64,000 nucleotides of DNA from positions 62,001 through 126,000 of the forward strand of contig OW569380.1 of assembly GCA_937625935.1 (NCBI GenBank). The letters run 5' to 3'. Positions 27,951 through 39,162 of the stretch are shown here, piece after piece. How positions within the stretch are numbered: position 1 is the stretch's first letter; each line of letters begins with the position of its first letter. A program made the position numbers and the translations under genes. Source of the DNA: Tetramitus jugosus. Its lineage: Eukaryota; Protista; Heterolobosea. Under the pieces are notes generated by a model, which worked only from the letters and a program-made list of their open reading frames with translations, was not told the DNA's origin and searched no databases.

Positions 27951-29474
27951 ATGACCCGCAGTAAATCCAAGGGAAAATCCACAGGTAGTTGTTCTTGGCA
28001 ACAAATCCTCTTGTGCGAAGATTTGTTGTACAATGTCCTTCAGTTCAGCTCTGCAGATGAACTCATCCACGGATGCACTCTTGTCTGTAAAGTGTGGCAC
28101 TCTCTGATTCATGGAAAGAACTACCCTCTGTGGAGGTTGCTATTATTTCATGAGCTCATACACTATCATCAATCCCTCTCAACTGAATCTCTCGCCAAGA
28201 ACAAAAGCGTAAGGCGGAAACGAACAGTATCTCAATTTGAGAACTCTCATTCTCCATTCAACCGAACACAGGACAATGACGACTCACTCGAGAACGATAC
28301 AATCACCAATCAACTCCACAACAGTAACAATCTCAATTTCTTTACTTCCCTGTTGCGCAACAATCGCTTCTTCCTCTTTCGAGGAAACACAGCGATGACA
28401 GAAGACCAAAATTCATGCGATCATAACGATGAACTTCATAGTCGCAATTGGAAGAGGGAATACTATCGATTTCAACAATTGGTTCAATCTGAAAAGTTCT
28501 GGTCTCAAGCACTTAAATGCATGTCAAACAATAGCCTTAGTTACAAAGTTCATTTGAAGTCAATGATTTTTCACTCTCCACCACGGAGTTATCAAGATTT
28601 AAGAACTGGTATGGTCAAGTGTATGATACGACTGGATCATTTGAATCGATTTTGTTTTTATCACGAGGACACTGAGACTTTAATCATGATTGCTCAATTG
28701 CTTTCATCTACGCCCAACAACAATAACAATACGAACCTTACTACAATGTCATCTCAACAACTACAAGAACAAGAAACTCTGTCGTCCCTCTTTTCTGTGA
28801 AAAAGTATGGCATTTATCTACCGCATGATAACAAGAAGAATGGAAAATTGATTGCTCAGTTGCAATCGAGTCGTTTTGGACTTCAATTCGATCTCCACGA
28901 CTATGACTCGATTGATCCCTCCAGTATTCGAATCAACTATCGAATGAATTTGTTGGGTTTCGGTGGGTACAACAAGCTGGATGTCACCATTCCGAATCAA
29001 AAGTTAATTCTACCCCAGGTTATGATGCCGAAGAAGGAAAGTATTAGTTCAGAAACTGTATCAAAGCAGCAACCGAATGACAGGAACTCTTTGCCTGCTG
29101 CGGACCAAAATGAGATTGTCTCTCACTTTGGTCGCATGTTCCTGAAGAAGAAGGAATTCCAAAGGTCTTCATCATCAGAAGGAGAACACAAAACCAGTGC
29201 CAATGATCAACTGATGAGTTTCACAAATCGGCCACCAGTGTGGAACGTGAAGCACAAAAGTTGGAGTTTAGACTTTGGAGGAAGAGTCAAAGTCCGCTCA
29301 GTCAAGAACTTCCAGTTAATGGAACAGAATGCAAAGGACAATCAGATGAATTACCTTCTCATGGGTAGAATTAACTCGAATTCTTTTGTCATCGACTATG
29401 GATATCCCTTCAACGCACTGCAAGCATTTTGTGTCGCTCTCAGTGCATTGGATCATAAACTCGCGTGTCCTTGA
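27951..29474 (+). CDS. F-box + Tubby domain protein
   Basis: F-box (EDLLYNVLQF..CTLVCKVW); Tubby LDFGGRVKVRSVKNFQL..DYGYPFNALQAF..KLAC. Confidence 0.92.
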   Translation: MTRSKSKGKSTGSCSWQQILLCEDLLYNVLQFSSADELIHGCTLVCKVWHSLIHGKNYPLWRLLLFHELIHYHQSLSTESLAKNKSVRRKRTVSQFENSHSPFNRTQDNDDSLENDTITNQLHNSNNLNFFTSLLRNNRFFLFRGNTAMTEDQNSCDHNDELHSRNWKREYYRFQQLVQSEKFWSQALKCMSNNSLSYKVHLKSMIFHSPPRSYQDLRTGMVKCMIRLDHLNRFCFYHEDTETLIMIAQLLSSTPNNNNNTNLTTMSSQQLQEQETLSSLFSVKKYGIYLPHDNKKNGKLIAQLQSSRFGLQFDLHDYDSIDPSSIRINYRMNLLGFGGYNKLDVTIPNQKLILPQVMMPKKESISSETVSKQQPNDRNSLPAADQNEIVSHFGRMFLKKKEFQRSSSSEGEHKTSANDQLMSFTNRPPVWNVKHKSWSLDFGGRVKVRSVKNFQLMEQNAKDNQMNYLLMGRINSNSFVIDYGYPFNALQAFCVALSALDHKLACP

Positions 29475-29874
29475 ACGAAACCATTGAACAGCAAGTCTTT
29501 CAGTAACCGTTGATTACATCCTCAACAAATTTGCTAAACCGTTGGTCCTTCTTGAACAAAAACTTCCACCGCCCACCCAGACCAGAGCAACTTCAGAGAA
29601 CTTGTGTCTTTGGGTGGATGGTGAAAGTCGATCCTTGATGGTAGATTAGTTGCTGGATGTTCTCTAGTCATTGCTCTGAACAAAGAACATGATCAAAACC
29701 CAAAAAAACGTCAACTGATGCTCTTGCTTCGAATCAATACGGGTTGAATGAAACTTCACAAATACAACCCGAATATTGGAAATACCCAATGAATCGGAGA
29801 TGATTTTCTCTGTTGGTGCGACCCAAGGGATGTCAGGCAGTGATGCAGTGTCTTCATAGATAAGGTTGATGTCT

Positions 29875-30651
29875 TTATTCCTTTCTGTCAATTGGTATCT
29901 CTGGACTATATGCCCAACGAATATACAATTCAGCAATAATCATGTTTGGAACCCATCCCAACCAAGACACAGTCTGATACATTTCAATGAAAGCTTCTCG
30001 GAACTGAAGTTTCATGGCATAAATGTTGAACATGAGCAATGTGAACAACCATATTCTTAAGGTGATAGCACCACTAGTTGCAGCATAGGATCGAATCATC
30101 CATTCTCTGTGCAACTGAATTCTACGATCCTTTGATAAATTCCAGGCAAACTTGATGTAAAAGAAGGCTGTACCGTTACAAACCAACCATACGGCAGCCA
30201 ACATACCAAATCCAAACTTATTCGTCATACCACCTGCAGCAAAAGGCAACAACCATACCGCTCCAATCATCCCCAATACCATACCAATGTAATAAATGTA
30301 TCCGGTAACTTTGTGAGTCGTAATTGATCTCTTTCGAATGAATTGTTGAAACTGGAGAGGTCCAACAAACAAGCCAATTGTTCCTCCAATAATGTGCAAC
30401 AACAGTCCAAAGTATGCCTTCTTCAGTGTGTAATCTTTTCCAACAATCTCAGTATTTCCTTCACGAGCCGGTATCAATCTCTTTTGAACAAACGAGTACA
30501 TGACAACTACCACAATACTGCCGACATAAGATGATCCATAGAATATTAAGAGCGATAACTTTGTAATCTCTCTTGGATTTCTCAGCAACAGGAAACAGTG
30601 CTGTTTCCTCAGTTCCTTGGTGATGGTCTTCTTGGATATTATGTCCTTCAC
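29875..30651 (-). CDS. DUF2306-like membrane protein (start uncertain)
   Basis: HIIGG..GPLQF..HKVTGYIY..HREWMIRSYA..WLGWVPN. Confidence 0.82.
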   Translation of the reverse strand: MKDIISKKTITKELRKQHCFLLLRNPREITKLSLLIFYGSSYVGSIVVVVMYSFVQKRLIPAREGNTEIVGKDYTLKKAYFGLLLHIIGGTIGLFVGPLQFQQFIRKRSITTHKVTGYIYYIGMVLGMIGAVWLLPFAAGGMTNKFGFGMLAAVWLVCNGTAFFYIKFAWNLSKDRRIQLHREWMIRSYAATSGAITLRIWLFTLLMFNIYAMKLQFREAFIEMYQTVSWLGWVPNMIIAELYIRWAYSPEIPIDRKE

Positions 30652-31099
30652 TCATGGTTGGTTGTTGTGCTTGTTTTTTCTGGAAAGTAATAAGTCGATT
30701 GGACCAACAAAAATTGTCCGAAATTGTTCCAACACAACATGCGAAGGTGATAGCCCTGATGCACTAAAACCTATTGATTGCTTGCAGTGAAGGTTCCAAG
30801 CGTCGACTTTCGATTGTGCTTGGCTTTGAATTTACACCAAAGCGAGTGCTACAACAGAGCGATAACGACCATCATGATATGCTGTACGACCGTTCAAAAC
30901 AGCTTCAATCATTTCTTCTTATTTGGTTCATACACTTCATCAAGTATGAGTACTGATCTGTACGGACCAATTGGTTCATTGCCACAGAAAGAGGCATCAC
31001 CGTAGACAATTAATTTTCTGTTATCTGACTGTTTTACAACACTATCTCTTGAGCTAAGTTGCCCTTAACAATACCTGGTTGTGCAAAGGAATAAATGCC

Positions 31100-31510
31100 G
31101 ATCGTATAATGAAAATTCGATTCTTCCATCACTCCACTCTTGAACACACTCAAATCATTGTTCGTTACAGCTTCTTCAAACAACTCAATCGATTATCCGA
31201 TCGATGGTGCTAGCTTTATTCGCTCTATGACGTGAATTGAACTTCTGAAAGTTCTCGCATGAGAGTATTGGAAACAATTGAAACGTGAAAAACAACAACA
31301 TTTGTTGAATACGGATCGTGTCATAGTTGCTAAAGAAGCAGCAAATGTAAATGATGAAGAAAACGAGACTTTTATGGTTGCACAGTGGAACAAGGATTGT
31401 TGGGCGTATGAATCAGATATTTTGATGGTACGAAACAAGTGGTGGATCAAATGATTCACAAGAAACGATATCGAATTGACAATCGTGTTCAGCGTAAGAA
31501 GCAAAGAATG
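31100..31510 (+). pseudogene. Degraded coding sequence of unknown family
   Basis: Protein-like frame (YPIDGASFIRSMT*IELLKVLA*EYWKQ...) with several stops. Confidence 0.3.
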
Positions 31511-31707
31511 ATGGCATATGTGTTGAGAGATGTGTTGACTCCGGAGAATCACTTCGCTTTTTTTGTGAAGAGGTGAAGGAGAGTCGTGAGACATCTCTGA
31601 TTCTTGTTGTGTTGTTCGTTGTTGTTGAGAATTGGTCCGTTGCACCACATAAAAATTTTTGAACTTCTGAAAACCTGCAAAATTTGAAGTGAGCTGTATG
31701 AAATACA

Positions 31708-31778
31708 GCTGCTTTAGTATAGTGGTAGTACACGGGATTGTGGCTCCCGCAACACCGGTTCGATTCCGGTAGGCGGCA
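31708..31778 (+). tRNA. tRNA-His(GTG)
   Basis: Full cloverleaf: acceptor gctgctt/aggcggc, anticodon arm cggga-ttgtggc-tcccg, T arm accgg-ttcgatt-ccggt; TTTT terminator. Confidence 0.95.
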
Positions 31779-31885
31779 TTTTAGCTGACATTTTGTCCTG
31801 AAACGAAGAAACCCAAAAGAACCACGAACAAACAAAGAAGACGCACAACCAACAACAACCAACAACAACAAAAAGAAACAAAAAG

Positions 31886-33667
31886 ATGGGCAGAAAGAGA
31901 AAAAAGCAAGCACAGCAACTCAACAACAAACTAAATCGTCCATGGTGCTTCTACTGTGATCGTGACTTTGATGACGACAAAGTCCTCATTCAACATCAAC
32001 GAGCCAAACACTTCAAATGTCATCACTGCAATCGAAGACTCACGAGTGCCAAAGGTCTCGTCGTCCACATGATCAAAGTTCACAAGGAAACCATTTATCA
32101 CATTCCGAATGCAATCAACGGCAGAGAATCACTGGATTATGAGATTGTGGGCATGGATGGAATTCCAATTGAATTTATCAATCAGAGACAATCTCAGATT
32201 GAACAGGGAATGAGTAATTTTTCATCATCATCATCATCAGCATCATCAGGACTGACATGTGAAGATGAAGAGGATTATGATCATGAGGATGAGGATGATG
32301 ATGAGGATGGTGGTGGTGGTGGTGATCCGTACATTGATCTCGTAGATGATAATGATGGAGAAGGTGCAGCCAAGAGACAACGATTGTCCTATGAAAATAA
32401 TTCATCTCAACAACAACAACATAATGGTAACAATAGTCAACAATTATCACAACAACAAGAGAATGGATCAATTCATTCACAACAACAACATGTTGAAATG
32501 CCATCACCAACAACAATAACAACAAATTACATAAAAAATGGTTCATCATCAGTTGTCAGTGCAACACCAGTGCTCTACAACACTACTCAACAACAACAAC
32601 AACAACAACATCATTCAACAACCATCATTTCAAAACCACCAACATCAACATTGACTCCACCACCACCATCTCATCATCATCATCATCATCATCAAATCTC
32701 ATCACACACTGCAGCACCATCTCCACCAACGTCATCATTCATGATTCATCATCATCATCCACCTCCTCCATCTCATCATCATCATCATCACTTTGCACCA
32801 CCACCATCACATCAACAACCATGGTCATCACACGCACCTCTTCCTCCTCCTCATCATCATTCCATGATGCCAATGATACCACCACCACAAGCACATGCAC
32901 AACAACCACCTCATTTCTATGGTGCTGGTAATATGATTCCTGGTCCCAACGGTTTCATGCCTCCACCTCCTCCGCATCATCATCATCATCATCCACATCA
33001 TCACATGGCAATGCCACCACTACCACCAAATCCATATGGTGGTGGACGACCTCCAATGCCACCATTCACTCCTTATCAACAACCACCTCATCTACCACAT
33101 GCACCATTCATGTATGGAGCTCCACCTCCTCCAGCTTTATCATCACCATCACCCTACTATCATCATCAGCATCAGCATCCTACTCCACCTCCACTTCCTC
33201 CCGCTGCATCGACAACAACAACAACAACAATGACTCATCATCCTCCTCCTCCAGCATTATCATCAATGATGGTACTACCACCGCCACCACCGCCACCACC
33301 AGTCGTAGTCGTATCTGCCACGGCAACAACATCAAATACTCCTACTCCACCTCCTACTTTGATGTCAACTCCACCTCCACCTCCACCAACATCTTCATCT
33401 CCTTCTACTGTTGCGTCATCATCGCTATCACAAGCAACGACTGTCAAGCAACAAGCAGGCACTGAATCAATGATCAATAATGAACCAGCAATTAAGCCGT
33501 TGAATGAAGTAGCTACAGCAGAAGCAATTCAAAGCAATGCACATAAGGCCACACAACAACAGCAGCAGCAACAACAATTGACCTATCTCGTCTATGATGA
33601 TGAACTTGTGTCAATGGAAGAAAAGAGAGCTGCATTGCCAAAGTATAGCATTACGCTGAAGAAATGA
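31886..33667 (+). CDS. ZNF207: BuGZ/ZNF207 (SUF4-like) zinc-finger protein
   Basis: PWCFYCDRDFDDDKVLIQHQRAKHFKC..VHKE; P/H-rich middle; C-terminal SMEEKRA.LPKY. Confidence 0.92.
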   Translation: MGRKRKKQAQQLNNKLNRPWCFYCDRDFDDDKVLIQHQRAKHFKCHHCNRRLTSAKGLVVHMIKVHKETIYHIPNAINGRESLDYEIVGMDGIPIEFINQRQSQIEQGMSNFSSSSSSASSGLTCEDEEDYDHEDEDDDEDGGGGGDPYIDLVDDNDGEGAAKRQRLSYENNSSQQQQHNGNNSQQLSQQQENGSIHSQQQHVEMPSPTTITTNYIKNGSSSVVSATPVLYNTTQQQQQQQHHSTTIISKPPTSTLTPPPPSHHHHHHHQISSHTAAPSPPTSSFMIHHHHPPPPSHHHHHHFAPPPSHQQPWSSHAPLPPPHHHSMMPMIPPPQAHAQQPPHFYGAGNMIPGPNGFMPPPPPHHHHHHPHHHMAMPPLPPNPYGGGRPPMPPFTPYQQPPHLPHAPFMYGAPPPPALSSPSPYYHHQHQHPTPPPLPPAASTTTTTTMTHHPPPPALSSMMVLPPPPPPPPVVVVSATATTSNTPTPPPTLMSTPPPPPPTSSSPSTVASSSLSQATTVKQQAGTESMINNEPAIKPLNEVATAEAIQSNAHKATQQQQQQQQLTYLVYDDELVSMEEKRAALPKYSITLKK

Positions 33668-34291
33668 GAAACGCTGAAAATAGATATGTATATGTGTCCA
33701 TCAAATTGTCGCATACACCACGCCCCAATTGAAAGTACTTACAATCGTGGTTGACTGAATTTCTCACCCTGCAGAAACCTTTCTTTCGAACGCGCCCCCA
33801 TTCTGTCGAACAACAAAAAGCTGAACATGCACCAGGTCCAATGATATGGCCCATAAAATCTTCTTCTCAATTACGTATATGAATGTGGAGGAGTTGTCTT
33901 CAAAGGGAATCAGTCCACATTTATTTCTTCATTCTGCTTTGTTGTTTTGGGGTCGGTGTCTGCACAAAATGAGATTGGTCATCTCTTGAGAAGGTGTCAG
34001 GTAAAGTACCTTTGTATCTTTGTGTTTAGGTGCACCTTGTTTGACTATAGATCTGTTCGCATACAATCAATAAAAATTGCACAGAGTCACTCTTGCTGTA
34101 CCTTCCCATTTTCGTTCATTGGAATGAGACCAGGAGACCAGGCCATCCGTATAGTGCGTTAAAACCCTTTGCGATTCAAATCGAAATCTTGGCTCAGTAA
34201 TTCAATTGCTCCAACCAAGAGAAGAAGTAAATATTCCACAACAACCCGATTCCGCAAAAACCATTTTTCACAGAGAAGAGCAACAAAAAAC

Positions 34292-35790
34292 ATGCGGACG
34301 ACAACCTCACAACAACGAAATCTATTACCCAAGACTCTGAATCACTACCGAACAGTTTCACAGAGTGCCGACACTATTGTTGAATCGTTTATCAACGAGT
34401 GCCATACCATTCCAAAGCACTTGTATATCCATTTGGAGCAAAACGATGAAGAAGAAGAGTTTAGTTCCATTGACAGTAGTAGTGAAGATGTGGATCGACA
34501 CCAACCACTACCCAACTCTATCGATGGAAGAGACAAGGTGAGCTTTATGAATCTGCGGCCCACCAGTCTCCAAGCTCAACACCTATTTCTCCATCACCTC
34601 ATTCAGCATTCCTCCGTTCAAAAATTTCCCGTTCCCGCCCAATTCACACACAAGCTCTTGAAGAGGTACATTTTTGAAGTGGAACATGACAGTGAGAATG
34701 AAGAGGGAGTTTCGGAGGAACTCATGGACCTTTACTGGAAAATTAGCTCTTTGTTGCCTTCTGGTCAAGATAGCTTCAGTCAACGGCATTTGGAAGCTTC
34801 TCACCGTATTTATGACATGAGTGAATTTTTAAGTGGTGATCGCTGCAAGGAAGCAGAAGAAGAAGAGGTGAGCTCTCCAATGACAGCAAGTGTTGATTTT
34901 TCAACTGAAAATTTGAGCACAGATACGGAGAGCCATTCATCGTTGATTGTGCTCAAAGTTTGGCCAACATTTTCAAATGTTGGTTTGGCCATGTGGGAAG
35001 CTGGTTACGTTTTAGCAGAGTGGATATTGGCCAATAGCTCATTATTCCGTGGAAAGAGAGTTTTGGAGCTCGGTTCAGGAGTGGGACTCTCTGCGATGGC
35101 ACTTGCTAGATCGTTTGATTCATCTGTGAGTGATGAAGAACTTCCGTTAGCAATTTATATGACTGATTATATGAATGTTGTCTTGAGAAATTGTGTTGAC
35201 AATATGAAAATTAGTATGTGTCATTTTTGGTTGTTCTCCTTCTGTCTTGTGTGATGAGTTGAATGAATGGCAAAGTATTTATCCTTCTGTTGTTGTTATC
35301 GTTCTTAGATAACTTGGATGTGGTTGAGTTGTTTGGTTCTTCTGATCCAAATGCATCGAAAGATGATGATGACGATGATGAGGAGGGAGAGAATGAGAAT
35401 CGCTTGGTACCTCACAGAAATCAACCACGTCTCGTACATGTTTCCATGCTCGATTGGACCAAATTCTCTGATGAACAATTGCATGCTATTGACGCGGATG
35501 TGATATTGGCAGCAGATCTCGTTTATGACATTTCAGTCATTGAAGATTTGGTCAAAATTACAAGTAGACTCATTTTCAATCACAAGAAACGGAAAACTAG
35601 CCAAATTGCAGTGTATTTTGCCATTACACAACGTAATGAGAATACATTCCATTTCTTCAAGGAACAGTGCGCCCAGAAGGGTATCGACACCGAGGATGTC
35701 ACTTCTCCCCTACCACAACTATTTCCATGTTACGAAGCACGCGACAATTTGCGCATGTACAAACTCACAGCAGCCGCGGCAGTAAACTAA
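34292..35790 (+). CDS. EEF2KMT/FAM86-like lysine methyltransferase, 2 exons (intron 35214-35308)
   Basis: VGLAMWEAG, VLELGSGVG, LDW, ILAADLVYD; GTATGT..TAG splice keeps frame. Confidence 0.88.
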
Positions 35791-35941
35791 GAACAACTTG
35801 CATCATCCACAATCATAAATTTTTATTCAGGAAGCATTACCACCATCAATCATCTACCCAGTTCATTCCCTTATTAAACCTATCAATGGCTTGGCTGTGA
35901 AAGGAATTTTCTTTCTTGTTGAATTCTGCACCACAATAAGT

Positions 35942-37972
35942 CTACAAAATGTCTGGATACTTCTTCTTCAACTCCATTAGGCCATTCTTTTTTCTTTCCC
36001 AATGAGGTTTCTGGGCATGGTAGAAATCATATTGTTGCCTTTTCTCTCTGTCATAGTAAACTCCAAGCGTTGTCTTGTGTGCGTTGAAAGTCTCTGCCAA
36101 GTTGTCAGTTCCTTCTAACAACATGCGATACAATAAAGCAGGTACCATCTCTGTAAGAAGATAGGCAAGAGTTGAAATCTGCCCAATGACTATGTCCATA
36201 ACTGCCGCAAACTGTTGTTTAGTTTTGGGAGGCTCGTGTGTAATCCCCATATCAGCGATTTTGTTACCATACGCCTGCTGATCACCACTTGAATATTTGA
36301 ACTCATTACCAAATGCTGTGAACTCAACTGATTGTTGATTTCCATTTTCATAGATCATGCGATAAGCTCGAGTAGTGTACAATGAGTATCGGGTATTAAT
36401 AAAGTTATCACTTCCTGGAAAAGTCATGTGCTCTGAAGCGTTGAATAAAGATTCAACGATATTCTTAACATTCTTAAATCTTGTTGCATAAGAACTATCT
36501 GGTTCATCCGGTCTGAGCCTGGCCAGGAAGAAAGATTTAAATTCATTATCTTCTTTTCCCACGCTAGTTTTTTCTTCGACATTCTTTGTCAACAAGTCCA
36601 TTGAAACCTTATATTGATCTTGCAGGAACGCCATTGTATCCTTGTGAAGTTTCATTCTGGGTTCAACAAGAAATTCTCTTGGGAGGTCGTTAGAAACACC
36701 AACAGACTTCTCTAGACCTCCAGATTGTTTTGCGTTGGTGGCCACCAATTTATAGTATTCAGAGAATTGCTTCGGAAGGATCACTTGGTTAAGGATGGTT
36801 GTTGAAAATTTCTCATTACTTTCCTTCAGAGAAGCTGCAAACTCACTTTGTTTGAAGAGTTCACCCTTGATCTGACTTGAAACTTTTCCAATGTATGAAA
36901 AGTAGCCAGAAGTTGCAAAGGGAGTAAAATGTGGTTCGTTATCCAACAATTTGATAACTTCTGCTAAGGATTCATTGATTGTCTTTCTAAATTTATCTCC
37001 TCTAAGAAGATCTTTCATCTTGGCGATCAATTCATCAGCTAAATATTTTCTGAGTTGCTGAATTCCCAATTTCTTGTCGTCAACACTTTTAAGCAACTCA
37101 TTTAGCTTTTTGGTCTCATACTTCTCAATTTCTGAGAACGAATCTGCCTCATCATTAGACTTGTTGATCACTCCGAACCAGCACAATCCAAGGCCTTCTG
37201 TTCCATTCATAATACTCTCAGCAATCCCTGCAGCATTTACACCTTCATCAATCTTCGTGAGAACTCCTACTACTCTGTTCCTCCAACGCTCTCCCAACAT
37301 TTGTCTTACTAATTCGTCATTAACACTACCACCTCCCATTGTATTGGTTGCTTGGTGAACCCACAATACAATAGAGTGAGAATCATTCGTCATGGTCTTT
37401 GAATAAATCTCGTTCAAAGCATTGTTCTTCCTCTCCGAGTTGTTGTAACCAGGAACATCAGTAAACGACAAGTTGACGCTGAATTCGTTGGATTCAACAA
37501 GGATCTTGATTGACTCAGATGAGAATTCACTGCCGTAAAGGGTTTCTCCAGTTTGCTTTCGCTTCCTATTGATCGCCTCGACAATTTTTGTGACCTCGTC
37601 TCTCATTTCTTCATGATTATCATACTCTTTCCATGCTTCAGATCCAAGGGAGCATTGTTCAATCTTGATAGATGTTGGCTTCGTTTCATTCCTTAGTCTC
37701 TCTTGCTTTTCATAACCAATTGATAGTTTGAACTTCCCTACAAGAGAAGGGTTGTGCAAAACCGTGACTTCAATGGGACATTTAGTGCAAACACCATTGC
37801 CCACTGGAAGAATATTCATCCCAATAATTCTGGAGAGCAATGAAGACTTTCCATTATTCTCAGCTCCCAGTACGACGATTGACGGTACCTTGAGGTCATT
37901 TTGAATATCAGCGGATAGGTGCTCCTTGAAATCTGCGAGAAGTCGAATTAATTGATCGTCTTGCAAGTCCAT
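35942..37972 (-). CDS. Dynamin-superfamily GTPase (divergent, Mx/DLP-like)
   Basis: G1 GAENNGKSS, G2 CTKCP, G3 DVPG, G4 TKID; helical stalk. Confidence 0.9.
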   Translation of the reverse strand: MDLQDDQLIRLLADFKEHLSADIQNDLKVPSIVVLGAENNGKSSLLSRIIGMNILPVGNGVCTKCPIEVTVLHNPSLVGKFKLSIGYEKQERLRNETKPTSIKIEQCSLGSEAWKEYDNHEEMRDEVTKIVEAINRKRKQTGETLYGSEFSSESIKILVESNEFSVNLSFTDVPGYNNSERKNNALNEIYSKTMTNDSHSIVLWVHQATNTMGGGSVNDELVRQMLGERWRNRVVGVLTKIDEGVNAAGIAESIMNGTEGLGLCWFGVINKSNDEADSFSEIEKYETKKLNELLKSVDDKKLGIQQLRKYLADELIAKMKDLLRGDKFRKTINESLAEVIKLLDNEPHFTPFATSGYFSYIGKVSSQIKGELFKQSEFAASLKESNEKFSTTILNQVILPKQFSEYYKLVATNAKQSGGLEKSVGVSNDLPREFLVEPRMKLHKDTMAFLQDQYKVSMDLLTKNVEEKTSVGKEDNEFKSFFLARLRPDEPDSSYATRFKNVKNIVESLFNASEHMTFPGSDNFINTRYSLYTTRAYRMIYENGNQQSVEFTAFGNEFKYSSGDQQAYGNKIADMGITHEPPKTKQQFAAVMDIVIGQISTLAYLLTEMVPALLYRMLLEGTDNLAETFNAHKTTLGVYYDREKRQQYDFYHAQKPHWERKKNGLMELKKKYPDIL

Positions 37973-39162
37973 GTTGTTAGATTAGGATTGATTAGTGGTT
38001 TGTTTGTTGGTTTTTTGTCACTAAGGTGTAAAAAATATTGAACTGTTTAAGTATCGAAGGAAGGCTCACATCGTCACACTTTTTGAAAGGCTCCTTACAA
38101 CCACTGGTTGTCCTGTCCGTCTTCTTTTTTCCCAGAGTGGTAACCTTTATTCTCCGAAATGAATCACCGTCAGTTCTTGATTGATATGTCTCCCATACAA
38201 AGGAGGACCCTTTTTCAACAACCTGTTTGTGTTATGCTCCCTTCACCGAATTACAAGCATGCTTCAACAAAAAACCTTGTCGTGTTGATGATGGTGCTTA
38301 CCGCATTGAGTGTTCTCGTTCGATCAGCAATCATTCCTTGAATAGAGGTTGTTCGGCCTTCGAAATGTTCCAAATCATTTCTGTTCAAGAGACCAAATCT
38401 ACACATGTGTGAAAAGATCTACGAAGAAATTTCCTTGTAAAACACTACTCACTGACTGTGAGGCAGTTCGTCCACACTACAGTAGCGAGATTCAATTATT
38501 TAAGCGAGTGCCAACAACACATCTTACTCTATACCTGACTCCTTGGAGGGAAATACAACAAAATAAAAGTACCACCACAAAGACTACTACGCCTGTCGGA
38601 GCACCAAGGAATGGAAAGAGGAAGAAATAATTCCTTCTTGTTTTCCCTCCAAGAATATCAAAGGGATTGATGCCAGTGTTGATTGTTTTTCTTAAAATGA
38701 TGAAACTGAAACAGGAGCCATAGTTGGGCTTTTCTGGAGATGATTGTAGCGAACTTTTAGTTTCTATTGTGAAGATATTGTTCTCAGTAAACACACTCAA
38801 AGGGAATAGGAGTTACACATACGTAACGGAATGAAACCTGGAGTCGAAGCATATCTATCATCCCAAAACAATCATTCAATGATCTTACTACGTGAAGATC
38901 TCTGTAAATACTATTCAAGTTGATATTTTGGGCAAGGGAATCAACATCGGGCAAGCACTTATGATGCCTCAGCCTGTTCTTGAGTCGAACAGTATCGACA
39001 TCAGATATTCTCATGTTATTGACAGACAATTGCTCTAGGACATTCCGCTCTCGATCTATTTTTTCCTGCTCGGAAAATCTCCATCTCCCTCAAAATCAAA
39101 CCAAGTATTCCAACCCAGAAAAAGCAAGCAAAAACAACAACAAACAAAACACAACAGACACA

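Noticed and set aside
25032-31510. In-frame TAA/TGA as evidence of an alternative genetic code or selenocysteine
   Set aside because: Conserved host genes end normally at TAA, TAG and TGA; interruptions occur only in decayed sequences; no SECIS recognised
32200-33400. CAT/CCA/CAA microsatellite tracts (also 17900-18320, 42380-42620, 56750-57620)
   Set aside because: They encode ordinary low-complexity His/Pro/Gln/Asn/acidic regions of host proteins
38000-38980. Short ORFs between dynamin and NPC1-N, and 60560-62250
   Set aside because: Probably decayed sequence, but no family motif could be supported
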